DNA of 64,000 nt. It comes from Thermoplasmatales archaeon (GTDB lineage Archaea > Thermoplasmatota > E2 > DHVEG-1). The notes beneath the pieces were generated by a model. It saw only the letters and a list, made by a program, of their open reading frames with translations. It made no database searches and was not told where the DNA came from. Below, piece by piece: positions 11,051-19,409 of this stretch (position 1 is its first letter; each line of letters starts with the position of its first letter). Made by a program: the position numbers and the translations under genes. Where the stretch lies: positions 3,961-67,960 of the forward strand of contig DAOVGR010000052.1 in the NCBI GenBank assembly GCA_030672305.1, written 5' to 3'.

Positions 11051-11458
11051 TTATTCTTTTTTGAAATTTAGACTTGTCGAATTTATACAATATCTCTTTC
11101 CAGTTGGTTTAGGACCATCATCAAAAACATGACCAAGATGGCTGCCACATCGTTTACACAAAACCTCAATTCGCCTCATACCCAGACTAATATCTGACTT
11201 TGGTTCAACACTTCCCTCTGATATTACATCCCAAAAACTTGGCCATCCTGTACCAGAGTCAAACTTTTTATCTGATGAAAACAAATTATTGTTACACCCT
11301 TTACAAACATAAACTCCTTTATCTTTATTTAAAATATATTTTCCACTAAAAGGAGGTTCAGTACCTTTTTTTCTTAAAATATAAAATTCTTGATCAGTTA
11401 GTATTTCTTTCCATTCCTTTTCTGAACTTGGAAATTGTTTTTTTGCCATATATCTCAT
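11051..11458 (-). CDS. msrB: Peptide-methionine (R)-S-oxide reductase
   Basis: Zinc CxxC pairs (CKGC, CKRC), GWPSF, HLGHVFDDGP, RYCINS catalytic Cys motif. Confidence 0.93.
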   Translation of the reverse strand: MRYMAKKQFPSSEKEWKEILTDQEFYILRKKGTEPPFSGKYILNKDKGVYVCKGCNNNLFSSDKKFDSGTGWPSFWDVISEGSVEPKSDISLGMRRIEVLCKRCGSHLGHVFDDGPKPTGKRYCINSTSLNFKKE

Positions 11459-11480
11459 TAAGGATAGTAATAATCCTTAA

Positions 11481-13670
11481 TTAGAAATGTAAAAAAAAGT
11501 GTAATAATTTATATAGATTTGGACAAAGATGTGATAACCTCATTAATAATAGATTGTTAATGTTCTTTTCCCGTAGAATATTTATTTCTAATTCCTTCCA
11601 GAGGCTTTCAGCATCGTATGGATCTTTTGATTTGGCTTTTATTGTAAAAGTACTTTTTTCAGACCATGAGTGTGATTTAACTATTACTTCCCCTGAATTA
11701 AAAGGACCAAACCATCCAGTATTTGTTTCATCTCCCCAGTCAATATAGTACCAAACAATTGTACCTTCTGGATCAGTTGCTAAAAATGTGTAATCATACG
11801 ATATTCCTGGTTTTCCAGTTGTTGGACCATCAATGCTTAATTGAACTGGTGGATCATTTGATTCTTGAATCCAAGACCAAGTATAATCACTTGAAGAATT
11901 TCCAATATCATCTGTAATTGTTAAAGAAACCGAATAGTTTCCTGGTGTAGTATATGTGTATGATGGATTCTGCTCATCAGAAGAACCTCCATCACCAAAA
12001 TCCCATTCCCAGCTGTAGGGAGGATATCCACCAAATGCATATCCCTTGAATTGCACAGGTTCATTAATCAATCCATAATAAGGACCATATGCTTCAGCTT
12101 CTAAGGTCTCTCCAGCAGCAAAGATATAATCTATTCCATCAGTTGAAGGCCCTGAATAACGTTCAGATGAGTAAATATTCTCATTTGTATCCCAATGCTC
12201 ATGAACACCAAGACTATCCGATATGTATTTCCCATCATTTTCAGGATCGTAGACGTTTTCTGGTGGATCTGCTGATTGATGTAAATAGTTTTGTGATCCC
12301 TCACACGGATTAGATTCTTCAAGGAGAAAATCGTACATAACTGAATCTAATGCAACAGAGTCCTGTGAGAAGAAAAGACTGTTTGTCCAGTCGTTGTTGA
12401 ATGGATACATTTGAAATTTACCAATTGTAGCATGATCATAAGGTGTTGCAAAAATTCCATCTCCAATATTTAAAACAACCTTTCCACCAACATCCTTATG
12501 GGCAAAAAGATCTGTTTGTGGTGCTGGATTTCCTAATGTAAAGGATATATCATGATAATTATGAATTGCTGAAACAGGTTCCATCCATGTACCAAAGAAA
12601 TTCTTACCTGCCAGGGTTACACCTGTACTTATCGGATGTCTCTTAAGTATTGGCATATTGATAAGATAATCAGCTTCGACAATACAAGTAGGAAGTGTTC
12701 TATATTCACAGCTACCGGCTGCAAAATAAATCCTTTCGGTGCTTGCAATAACCTTTTCTCGACCAGATGCACCTCCAGAGGAATCTTCATAGTGAATATT
12801 TTCAAATTCAGGTATTAAAGGATCAGCAGGATATTCTTCATAGTAAACACGATTGTAGAGCCAGTTTGCCATTTGACGGGATGCATCATAAATTGTGATA
12901 TCCTCTTGAGCAACATTTAAAACGTTAACAAGCTGTCTAAGAAGTGCCTTGATTACATAAGGACTTGCATCTCTTTGATTATCTTCACCTGTGTATGATC
13001 CACAGTTATTTAGATTGATTTTTATTGCTATTTTCTCACCAGGCTGGTAACCTACATCCCCATAACCATGTTCCTGGTTGAAATGGCTAAAAAGAAGGTC
13101 CCATGCTGAGTAATCATCATTTGTATCAGCCAATGTCTTTAATCCTAAAGAAAACATCTGATCAATTATAGTTTGATTGTTGTTTTGTTTTTCCCACCAA
13201 TATCCATTTAGATTTTCTTCTGAGGCATTAGCATTCCATCCCCATACTACTCGTCCAGGTTTATAACCTTGAGGAGTCCCGATTGGTTCTTTAGGTATTG
13301 GGTCCCACCTTGTGATTTTATTTTCATCCTTTGTTTCATTAACAGCATATACATTACTTGTAATCGAGAAGATTAAGACAAAAGCAACTAAAATAACAGG
13401 TGCAATAGCAGCTGTTTTATATTTTACTCTTCTAAACCACAAACCAAGTCCATGAAATATTGCACTCCACAATAAACTCCAAAAAGCAATATATCCAACT
13501 GCTACTGAAACAGATATTTGCTGACAGGGATAACGAATTCGATCAGGTCTAGGTAACACTCTAAGCAGGAACCAGATGATAGCTGCTAGTCCTGCTAAAT
13601 GAAATAATATACCTTGATGGCTAGATAATTTCATTAATAAATTTGATTTATTTTTATGATGTTTGCTCAT
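11481..13670 (-). CDS. Membrane-anchored (3-4 TM) DUF362-like domain protein + PKD + type A module + degenerate tail
   Basis: N-terminal hydrophobic helices (GILFHLAGLAAIIWFLLRVL; VAVGYIAFWSLLWSAIFHGLGLWF; AAIAPVILVAFVLIFSITS). The central ~400 aa is assigned to DUF362 from memory only. PKD segment (YSWEWDFGDGGSSDEQNPSYTY). Type A module (YDYTFLATDPEGTIVWYYIDWGDETNTGW). C-terminus LREKNINNLLLMRLSHLCPNLYKLLHFFLHF. Confidence 0.8.
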   Translation of the reverse strand: MSKHHKNKSNLLMKLSSHQGILFHLAGLAAIIWFLLRVLPRPDRIRYPCQQISVSVAVGYIAFWSLLWSAIFHGLGLWFRRVKYKTAAIAPVILVAFVLIFSITSNVYAVNETKDENKITRWDPIPKEPIGTPQGYKPGRVVWGWNANASEENLNGYWWEKQNNNQTIIDQMFSLGLKTLADTNDDYSAWDLLFSHFNQEHGYGDVGYQPGEKIAIKINLNNCGSYTGEDNQRDASPYVIKALLRQLVNVLNVAQEDITIYDASRQMANWLYNRVYYEEYPADPLIPEFENIHYEDSSGGASGREKVIASTERIYFAAGSCEYRTLPTCIVEADYLINMPILKRHPISTGVTLAGKNFFGTWMEPVSAIHNYHDISFTLGNPAPQTDLFAHKDVGGKVVLNIGDGIFATPYDHATIGKFQMYPFNNDWTNSLFFSQDSVALDSVMYDFLLEESNPCEGSQNYLHQSADPPENVYDPENDGKYISDSLGVHEHWDTNENIYSSERYSGPSTDGIDYIFAAGETLEAEAYGPYYGLINEPVQFKGYAFGGYPPYSWEWDFGDGGSSDEQNPSYTYTTPGNYSVSLTITDDIGNSSSDYTWSWIQESNDPPVQLSIDGPTTGKPGISYDYTFLATDPEGTIVWYYIDWGDETNTGWFGPFNSGEVIVKSHSWSEKSTFTIKAKSKDPYDAESLWKELEINILREKNINNLLLMRLSHLCPNLYKLLHFFLHF

Positions 13671-13906
13671 TTATATTTCTCCATAAATAAAATTTAATAA
13701 TATTGTTATATATTAATTTGATTTAAGATTATCCCAGCAGAGTATTAACAACTAAAAGAGATTACCCTTCCGATTATATGGGCCCTATTTGGAATTAATA
13801 ATGAATTTTTAGGTAAACCTTCCTTTTCATACTTTTCTCCCTCCCTCAGCTAGACCCTTTTTAATTTATCTTTTTATTGAACTTAGCACTTTATTTCAGT
13901 TATTGT

Positions 13907-13933
13907 AACATTTAAATATCCAACTTCTGATGT
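13907..13933 (+). promoter_or_regulatory. BRE/TATA promoter with conserved downstream box (cyclophilin gene)
   Basis: AACATTTAAATATCCAACTTCTGATGT lies 51 nt before ATG 13958, followed by GAGGGAGG. Near-identical to 16114-16140. Confidence 0.7.
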
Positions 13934-13957
13934 TATTATTGAGGGAGGCAATAATGA

Positions 13958-14692
13958 ATGAAAAAATATACAATGTTACTAACTGTTTTTATGGTGATTA
14001 ATATAGGATTTTTAAGCATTACAACAAATAATAGTAATGCAACTCATTTAACAGATAATAAAATATCAAAGAATTTTGTTATACAAAATATAAATTATGA
14101 TAATAAAACCTTTGGGCCTAATCCTTATGCAATTATTGAAACTTCTTTGGGAACTATTAGAATTGAACTTTTTAAGGATTTAGTGCCTAATACAGTTGAT
14201 AATTTTATAAATCTTACAAAAATTAGTTTTTATAATGGTCTTGTGTTTCACAGAGTAATTGATGATTTTGTAATACAAGGAGGCGGGCATTATCCTAATG
14301 GTACACGTAAGGAAAGCCCATATGGACCCATAGATTTAGAAATCCATCCTAATGCTAGGCATGTAAATGGTGCAATCGGAATGGCTAGAACATCTGATCC
14401 AAACAGTGCCACAAGTCAATTCTATATTTGTGATGGCCCTCAACATTTTTTAGATGATGAATACGCAGTATTTGGAAAAGTAACAGTAGGAACTATGTCG
14501 GTGGTAAGAAAAATTGCTGCAGTAGAAACTACAACTAAATATGGAATGGAAGATTGGCCAGTCGATGATGTTATAATAAATTCCTTGATAATAAAAGCAA
14601 AATCAGAAGAGGTAAATACGCCCTTACTAAACATCCTAGAAGGTTATCCAAATCTATTCCCGATACTACGATATATACTTGGATTTCAATAA
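13958..14692 (+). CDS. Secreted cyclophilin-type peptidyl-prolyl cis-trans isomerase with conserved C-terminal tail
   Basis: Signal peptide MKKYTMLLTVFMVINIGFLSITTNNSNA. Cyclophilin motifs FHRVIDDFVIQGGG, GAIGMARTSDPNSATSQFYI. Tail LLNILEGYPNLFPILRYILGFQ joins the enzyme directly, with no pre-tail module. Confidence 0.92.
   Translation: MKKYTMLLTVFMVINIGFLSITTNNSNATHLTDNKISKNFVIQNINYDNKTFGPNPYAIIETSLGTIRIELFKDLVPNTVDNFINLTKISFYNGLVFHRVIDDFVIQGGGHYPNGTRKESPYGPIDLEIHPNARHVNGAIGMARTSDPNSATSQFYICDGPQHFLDDEYAVFGKVTVGTMSVVRKIAAVETTTKYGMEDWPVDDVIINSLIIKAKSEEVNTPLLNILEGYPNLFPILRYILGFQ
14618..14689 (+). other. Conserved C-terminal tail (copy in cyclophilin)
   Basis: TPLLNILEGYPNLFPILRYILGFQ-stop. 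Confidence 0.75.
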
Positions 14693-14772
14693 TCTCCTTC
14701 TATTTTTTTAGATTATGTTGACTAAGGAAAAAATTGATATAATAGTCCAAGATTGAGGGGGTGAGAATAATT

Positions 14773-14922
14773 ATGATTTTATGGTATTATTGTAACAGTT
14801 GCATGAAAGAATTTAGCCATGTATTTACTGGTAGTAATGATGCCAATCGTTGTACATCATGTAGTTCCACGGATATTAAACGAATCGTTAGGAGAGCTAA
14901 ACTAAAGAGAATTTTGTATTAG
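14773..14922 (+). CDS. Small zinc-ribbon protein (49 aa)
   Basis: Below the ORF-track size cutoff. Strong SD GGGGGTGA 7 nt upstream. Translation MILWYYCNSCMKEFSHVFTGSNDANRCTSCSSTDIKRIVRRAKLKRILY has CxxC..17..CxxC. Confidence 0.6.
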   Translation: MILWYYCNSCMKEFSHVFTGSNDANRCTSCSSTDIKRIVRRAKLKRILY

Positions 14923-15018
14923 AATTAAAATATCCAATCTTTTTTTCATAATTTTAATTCAAAAAACTCTGTTTATATTTTGATTTAAGGTTTTATTCTA
15001 GTAGCTGTAGTATTATTT

Positions 15019-15915
15019 TCAATTGCCTATGAAGTTTTTCAAAATTTGATCTTTTAGGTCAATTGCAAAATTAATATGATGCTCCTTAATTTTACTTCTC
15101 TCAAGTAATGCAAGAGCATATGCAATCCGTAAAATTGAAAATTCAAGACTTCTATATGAAACCCCCTCAATATTTGCATCTGCATTTAAAATATAATCCT
15201 TAATTGCTTTTTTAATCGCAGGTCCTTCAGCGGGATCAATACGAGTTTTTGCTTTTCGAGCCCAATCTAAATATCCTTTGACAACAAGGGAATAATCTTT
15301 TGCATTTTTACCCATAAAACTATCGATAATATCTGAAACGTACTCTGCTCGTTGTATCCTTGAAACTCTTTCAACTTTAAAAGGAAAATCAAAACGATCA
15401 ACTAGAGGTTGCTGAATCTTATTAATATCGTTACAGCTTGCAATTACACGAATTTCTGCTTTAAAGGCTTGTCGATTCTTTCCTTTAGTGATAACATACT
15501 TACCTTCTTCCATAGTCTGCAGAAGACCATTTTGATCATCTGAAGACATTTTATCAAGTTCATCTGCTAAAAGAACATTACCATTACATTGAGCAAGTAA
15601 ACCTGGATGTATTGTTTTGCCTCGAGCATCACCTACAAGACCAGTTTTTGAGGTAAGTTCAGAATTAATAAAAATGCCATTCATCTTTTGCTGCCACCAT
15701 CCTAAAAACTCTGATTTACCTGTACCCGGTCCACCACATAGTAAAATATGAAGTCTCATCCTCATATTAGGACGGTCATTTGTAACACCTAACAAAAGTG
15801 CACATTTACGAATTATATCCCACTGAGTACCTACTAGATATGGACAGATGTGCTTTGAAAGAAACTCCAAAGGATTTTCTTTGGAAATAATCTGAAAATA
15901 TTCCTCCACTGTCAT
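15019..15915 (-). CDS. Stand-alone AAA+ ATPase of the MCM / Mg-chelatase clade (no N-terminal DNA-binding domain)
   Basis: Walker A LLCGGPGTGKSEF; Walker B VLLADELDKM; MEEGKYVITKGK..FKAEIRVIASCN (sensor 1); PLVDRFDF, resembling the MCM SRFD arginine-finger region. Only 298 aa. Confidence 0.8.
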   Translation of the reverse strand: MTVEEYFQIISKENPLEFLSKHICPYLVGTQWDIIRKCALLLGVTNDRPNMRMRLHILLCGGPGTGKSEFLGWWQQKMNGIFINSELTSKTGLVGDARGKTIHPGLLAQCNGNVLLADELDKMSSDDQNGLLQTMEEGKYVITKGKNRQAFKAEIRVIASCNDINKIQQPLVDRFDFPFKVERVSRIQRAEYVSDIIDSFMGKNAKDYSLVVKGYLDWARKAKTRIDPAEGPAIKKAIKDYILNADANIEGVSYRSLEFSILRIAYALALLERSKIKEHHINFAIDLKDQILKNFIGN

Positions 15916-16113
15916 TAATATCTAATATCATAAAATCGTATTTAGTATATTATTATTTTTAATAAAACAAATAAGACATATTTATTTGAAAATAATTATT
16001 AATTTTCGAAAAAAATAAGCATATTTTATATTTATATATAATGTATTAGAAATCTTAATTTTATTATGGATTTTTAAATATTGTTGTAATGTTATTATTT
16101 AAACAGAATGTGG

Positions 16114-16140
16114 AACATTTAAATATCCAATATCTAATGT
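16114..16140 (+). promoter_or_regulatory. BRE/TATA promoter with conserved downstream box (subtilisin gene)
   Basis: AACATTTAAATATCCAATATCTAATGT lies 49 nt before ATG 16163, followed by CAGGGAGGT. Confidence 0.7.
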
Positions 16141-16162
16141 AATTGTACAGGGAGGTAACGAA

Positions 16163-18193
16163 ATGAAAATAAAAAAGCAATATTATTTAACTGCAATATT
16201 AGTTGTTATAGCGTTAGTATTATCCAATGCATCTGGATTTGCTGATACACTTGATGATGACAATAAAGAAATTGTTTCAGTATTAGTTTATTTAAAAGAT
16301 CAAGCTGATCTTAATTCAATCACAGATCAGATGGATGAGCAAAGGGCATCACTACAACTTCGCCATGAGACAGTAGTCAGCGAACTTCAGAATATTGCAT
16401 CTGAAACGCAAACTGATCTTGTTGAATATTTAAATGAACTTAAAAGTCAATATCTTGTAAAAGACTTTAAGTGTTTTTGGATAGGTAATATTATTCGAGT
16501 TGATACCTATCAGCATGTTGTTGATCAAATCGCTAAGCGTGATGAAGTATTAAAGGTGTATCCAAACTATATTGTTGAACTTATTGAACCTGTAAATGAA
16601 AAAATTGAAAATAAACCTGATTTTAATAGAGACGTTGAAATTGGTCTTGAAGCAATAAGAGCTCCAGAGGTTTGGGAAATGGGTATCACTGGTGAAGGTG
16701 TCCTTGTTGCAACAATTGATACTGGTGTAGATGGAGATCATCCTGCACTTGCTAGTAGATGGGCAGGTGTAGCATATCCCAGATATGAAGGGCATCCAGA
16801 GTGGGCATGGCTTGACTCATTTGCTGGTCAAAATAATTTTCCTTTTGATTATAGTAACCACGGCACCCATACAATGGGTACTGTTTGTGGTGGTGCTCCA
16901 GGTGATCAAATTGGTGTTGCACCAGGTGCCCTGTGGATATCTGCAGGTTGGGAATATACGGACGTTTCTCAATTTGTTTCAGATATGATAGAATCATTCG
17001 AATGGATGGTTGATCCTGACAGTGATCCATCGACTAATTGGGATGTTCCAGCAGTTTGTTCAAATTCATGGGGATTATCTGATGCTTTTGGAGTTCCAGA
17101 TTGTGATGAAACATTTTGGACTTACCTTGATGCTTGTGAAGCTGCAGGAATTGTTATAATCTTTTCAGCGGGAAACGAAGGCTCTGAGGGTTTACGTAGA
17201 CCTGCTGACCGGGCAACTGATGATTATAGATGCTTTGCAGTGGCCGCTGTTGATGGAAACAATCCAGACTGGCCGATTGCAGATTTCTCATCTAGAGGGC
17301 CAACATATTGTACACCAACTGGTGATGAAGCAATTAAACCAGATATAGCAGCACCTGGTGTTAGCGTACGCTCATCAGTTCCTGGTGGTGGTTATGATTC
17401 ATTTTCGGGTACTTCAATGGCCTCACCACATATCAATGGTGTTGTTGCACTAATGCGTCAAGCTGCTCCAAATATGAGTGTTGAACATATTAAAGAAATC
17501 ATTTTCCAAACAGCATATGACTTGGGCGATGAAGGTGAGGATAACACTTATGGTTGGGGAATGGTCGATGCATATGAAGCGGTTATGAATTCTAATCAAC
17601 CTCCTTATAAACCCATAATTGAAGGTCCAACAAATGGAACCACAGGTGTCTCTTATGATTTTACGGTAAATTCAGAAGATCCTGAAGCTGATGACATCTA
17701 TTACTTTATTGACTGGGGAGATGGCACCTCCGAACAATGGATTGGACCTTATTCATCTGGTGAAGTTATAACTGTGAGTCATGAGTGGGAAGAAACAGGC
17801 GAATATGAGATAATTGCGAAATCAAAGGATAATAATTATGAAAGTGATTGGTCAGACCCTTTAATAATTGAAATAGTACCTTTGATTGAAATACAGTCTA
17901 TAACAGGTGGATTTTTCAAGTTAGATGCAGTGCTAAAAAACAATGGTGATGAGGAAATAACATGTGTAAAATGGAATATCAATCTCGAGGGTGGGGCATT
18001 TATTGGAAAAGAATCCTCTGGAGAAGTGGATATCCCAGCGGGTGAAGAAACAACTATAAAATCAGGGTTAATACTTGGATTTGGAGAAACAAAGATAACT
18101 GTTTCTGCAGAGGTACCCGAATGCTCAGATACAAAAAATAAAGGCGGATTTGTATATTTAATTTATGTACATGTAAACTTTGGAGGCGAGTAA
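16163..18193 (+). CDS. Secreted subtilisin-like serine protease (S8) with I9-like propeptide, type A module and CARDB-like C-terminal domain (no tail)
   Basis: Signal peptide. Catalytic triad motifs ATIDTGVD, NHGTHTMGTV, SGTSMASPHINGV. Type A module (YDFTVNSEDPEADDIYYFIDWGDGTSEQW). Terminal domain IEIQSITGGFFKLDAVLKNNGDEEITCVKWNINLEGG. Confidence 0.93.
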   Translation: MKIKKQYYLTAILVVIALVLSNASGFADTLDDDNKEIVSVLVYLKDQADLNSITDQMDEQRASLQLRHETVVSELQNIASETQTDLVEYLNELKSQYLVKDFKCFWIGNIIRVDTYQHVVDQIAKRDEVLKVYPNYIVELIEPVNEKIENKPDFNRDVEIGLEAIRAPEVWEMGITGEGVLVATIDTGVDGDHPALASRWAGVAYPRYEGHPEWAWLDSFAGQNNFPFDYSNHGTHTMGTVCGGAPGDQIGVAPGALWISAGWEYTDVSQFVSDMIESFEWMVDPDSDPSTNWDVPAVCSNSWGLSDAFGVPDCDETFWTYLDACEAAGIVIIFSAGNEGSEGLRRPADRATDDYRCFAVAAVDGNNPDWPIADFSSRGPTYCTPTGDEAIKPDIAAPGVSVRSSVPGGGYDSFSGTSMASPHINGVVALMRQAAPNMSVEHIKEIIFQTAYDLGDEGEDNTYGWGMVDAYEAVMNSNQPPYKPIIEGPTNGTTGVSYDFTVNSEDPEADDIYYFIDWGDGTSEQWIGPYSSGEVITVSHEWEETGEYEIIAKSKDNNYESDWSDPLIIEIVPLIEIQSITGGFFKLDAVLKNNGDEEITCVKWNINLEGGAFIGKESSGEVDIPAGEETTIKSGLILGFGETKITVSAEVPECSDTKNKGGFVYLIYVHVNFGGE

Positions 18194-18308
18194 CTTCTAG
18201 GATATAAAGCAATGAGTAAGGATACTATCATTTCATAATTCTTTAGTTTCAGAATTATATAATAAAATGCTTCTCCCTTAAGAGGATTTTCCCCAATTTT
18301 TCTACTAA

Positions 18309-19409
18309 TTATAATATTTTGTAGATGTCCATTATATCCTTTGAGGTATTGATATCGTTATGTGCAAAAGTTTCAATAATATGTAAACCAGATTTTATAT
18401 CAATTACCCATTCAAATGGCGCTTCATCATCGGTATGGACAATTTCATCATCAACAAAAAACTCTACCTTGTTTGCATTTTCTACACTTAGTTCAAGAGT
18501 AATTTTTCCTATAATTCTTGGAGCAGCTTTTTGTATCTCTAAATTCTTAAAAATTGTTGGTAATTGAAATCCTAAAAAATATGTATGCTTAATTAAAGGT
18601 CTTTCAATCTGTATTTTTGGTACATCAGGTTTTAAATTTCCATAGACTCCATCAATGTACATGATACCTGTCCCAGGACCATACCAGTCAGCAAAAATAT
18701 TTGCATCATATGCCATTCTGAACCAGCCATCTTCGCCCCATTTTGTTCCCCAGCTATTTTTTACAATCCAACATTCTTCACTATCATCATATCCAACAAT
18801 TGTTACTACATGTCCTCCAGCTCTACCACCCCATCTAGGTTTGTAAACACCACCAGAATAATAGAAGAAATCTTGAAAAAAACGAAAACAAATAACAAGA
18901 GGACCATATTCAATCAAAGCAGTTTTTATAGATTCAATATCGTAATCAACCCAGCCCCAATCCTGTATCTTAACAGTTCTATTTTCCCATCCTTGCAGAC
19001 TTTCAAAGGGATAATCAAATGCTCTATGTGGATCAGGAAAGCAACCCTCATCTGGAACACCAATATCAACTAGATAGTTTGCTGCATCAATAAGATTAAC
19101 ATATCCTGATTGATATGTTCCTCCAGCATAAAAATAAAGGTGACATTCTGATAGATCAGGTTCATATAACTCTCCAGTTTGATATTGCATAATCGTTTCC
19201 ATGGATGCGACTAAACCATATGCCTCACAAGTGGGAGCTGGAGATTGGTCTTTGATGGGTGTGGTATAATCAATACCATCTATATTTTGCCAGCTGAAGT
19301 AAGATGGATGACCTGATTTTTCTCCAGTTTTATCTAACTTTTCAGCACTAACAGGAAAAAACTGGATTATCATAAGAATAATAATTAAGAGTGTGATAGT
19401 TTTTTTCAT
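18309..19409 (-). CDS. Secreted papain-like cysteine peptidase (C1)
   Basis: Signal peptide. DQSPAPTCEAYG (Cys), GGHVVTIVGYDD (His), WIVKNSWGTKWGEDGWF (Asn/Trp). Its start overlaps the stop of the upstream gene by 4 nt. Confidence 0.88.
   Translation of the reverse strand: MKKTITLLIIILMIIQFFPVSAEKLDKTGEKSGHPSYFSWQNIDGIDYTTPIKDQSPAPTCEAYGLVASMETIMQYQTGELYEPDLSECHLYFYAGGTYQSGYVNLIDAANYLVDIGVPDEGCFPDPHRAFDYPFESLQGWENRTVKIQDWGWVDYDIESIKTALIEYGPLVICFRFFQDFFYYSGGVYKPRWGGRAGGHVVTIVGYDDSEECWIVKNSWGTKWGEDGWFRMAYDANIFADWYGPGTGIMYIDGVYGNLKPDVPKIQIERPLIKHTYFLGFQLPTIFKNLEIQKAAPRIIGKITLELSVENANKVEFFVDDEIVHTDDEAPFEWVIDIKSGLHIIETFAHNDINTSKDIMDIYKIL

Noticed and set aside
10884-11132. 82-aa ORF spanning the msrA 3' end and the msrB 3' end.
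   Set aside because: It overlaps two well-supported genes out of frame and has a Lys/Ile-rich nonsense-like translation.
10583-11458. Convergent msrA/msrB pair separated by 3 bp in the middle of the secretome island, considered as possibly linked to the exported proteins.
   Set aside because: Both lack signal peptides and are ordinary cytoplasmic repair enzymes. Adjacency of msrA and msrB is common.
13795-13830. 11-codon minus-strand mini-ORF (MKRKVYLKIHY) with a strong GAGGGAGGGAG SD, in the 290-bp leader region of 11481-13670.
   Set aside because: Too short to support without conservation or ribosome-profiling data. The SD-like run may be coincidental. It is recorded only as a possible uORF.
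18194-18308. Possible bidirectional terminator hairpin (CTTCTCCCTTAAGAGGA) between the convergent S8 and C1 genes.
   Set aside because: Only the 6-bp CTTAAG palindrome plus one or two flanking pairs can form. This is too weak to call.
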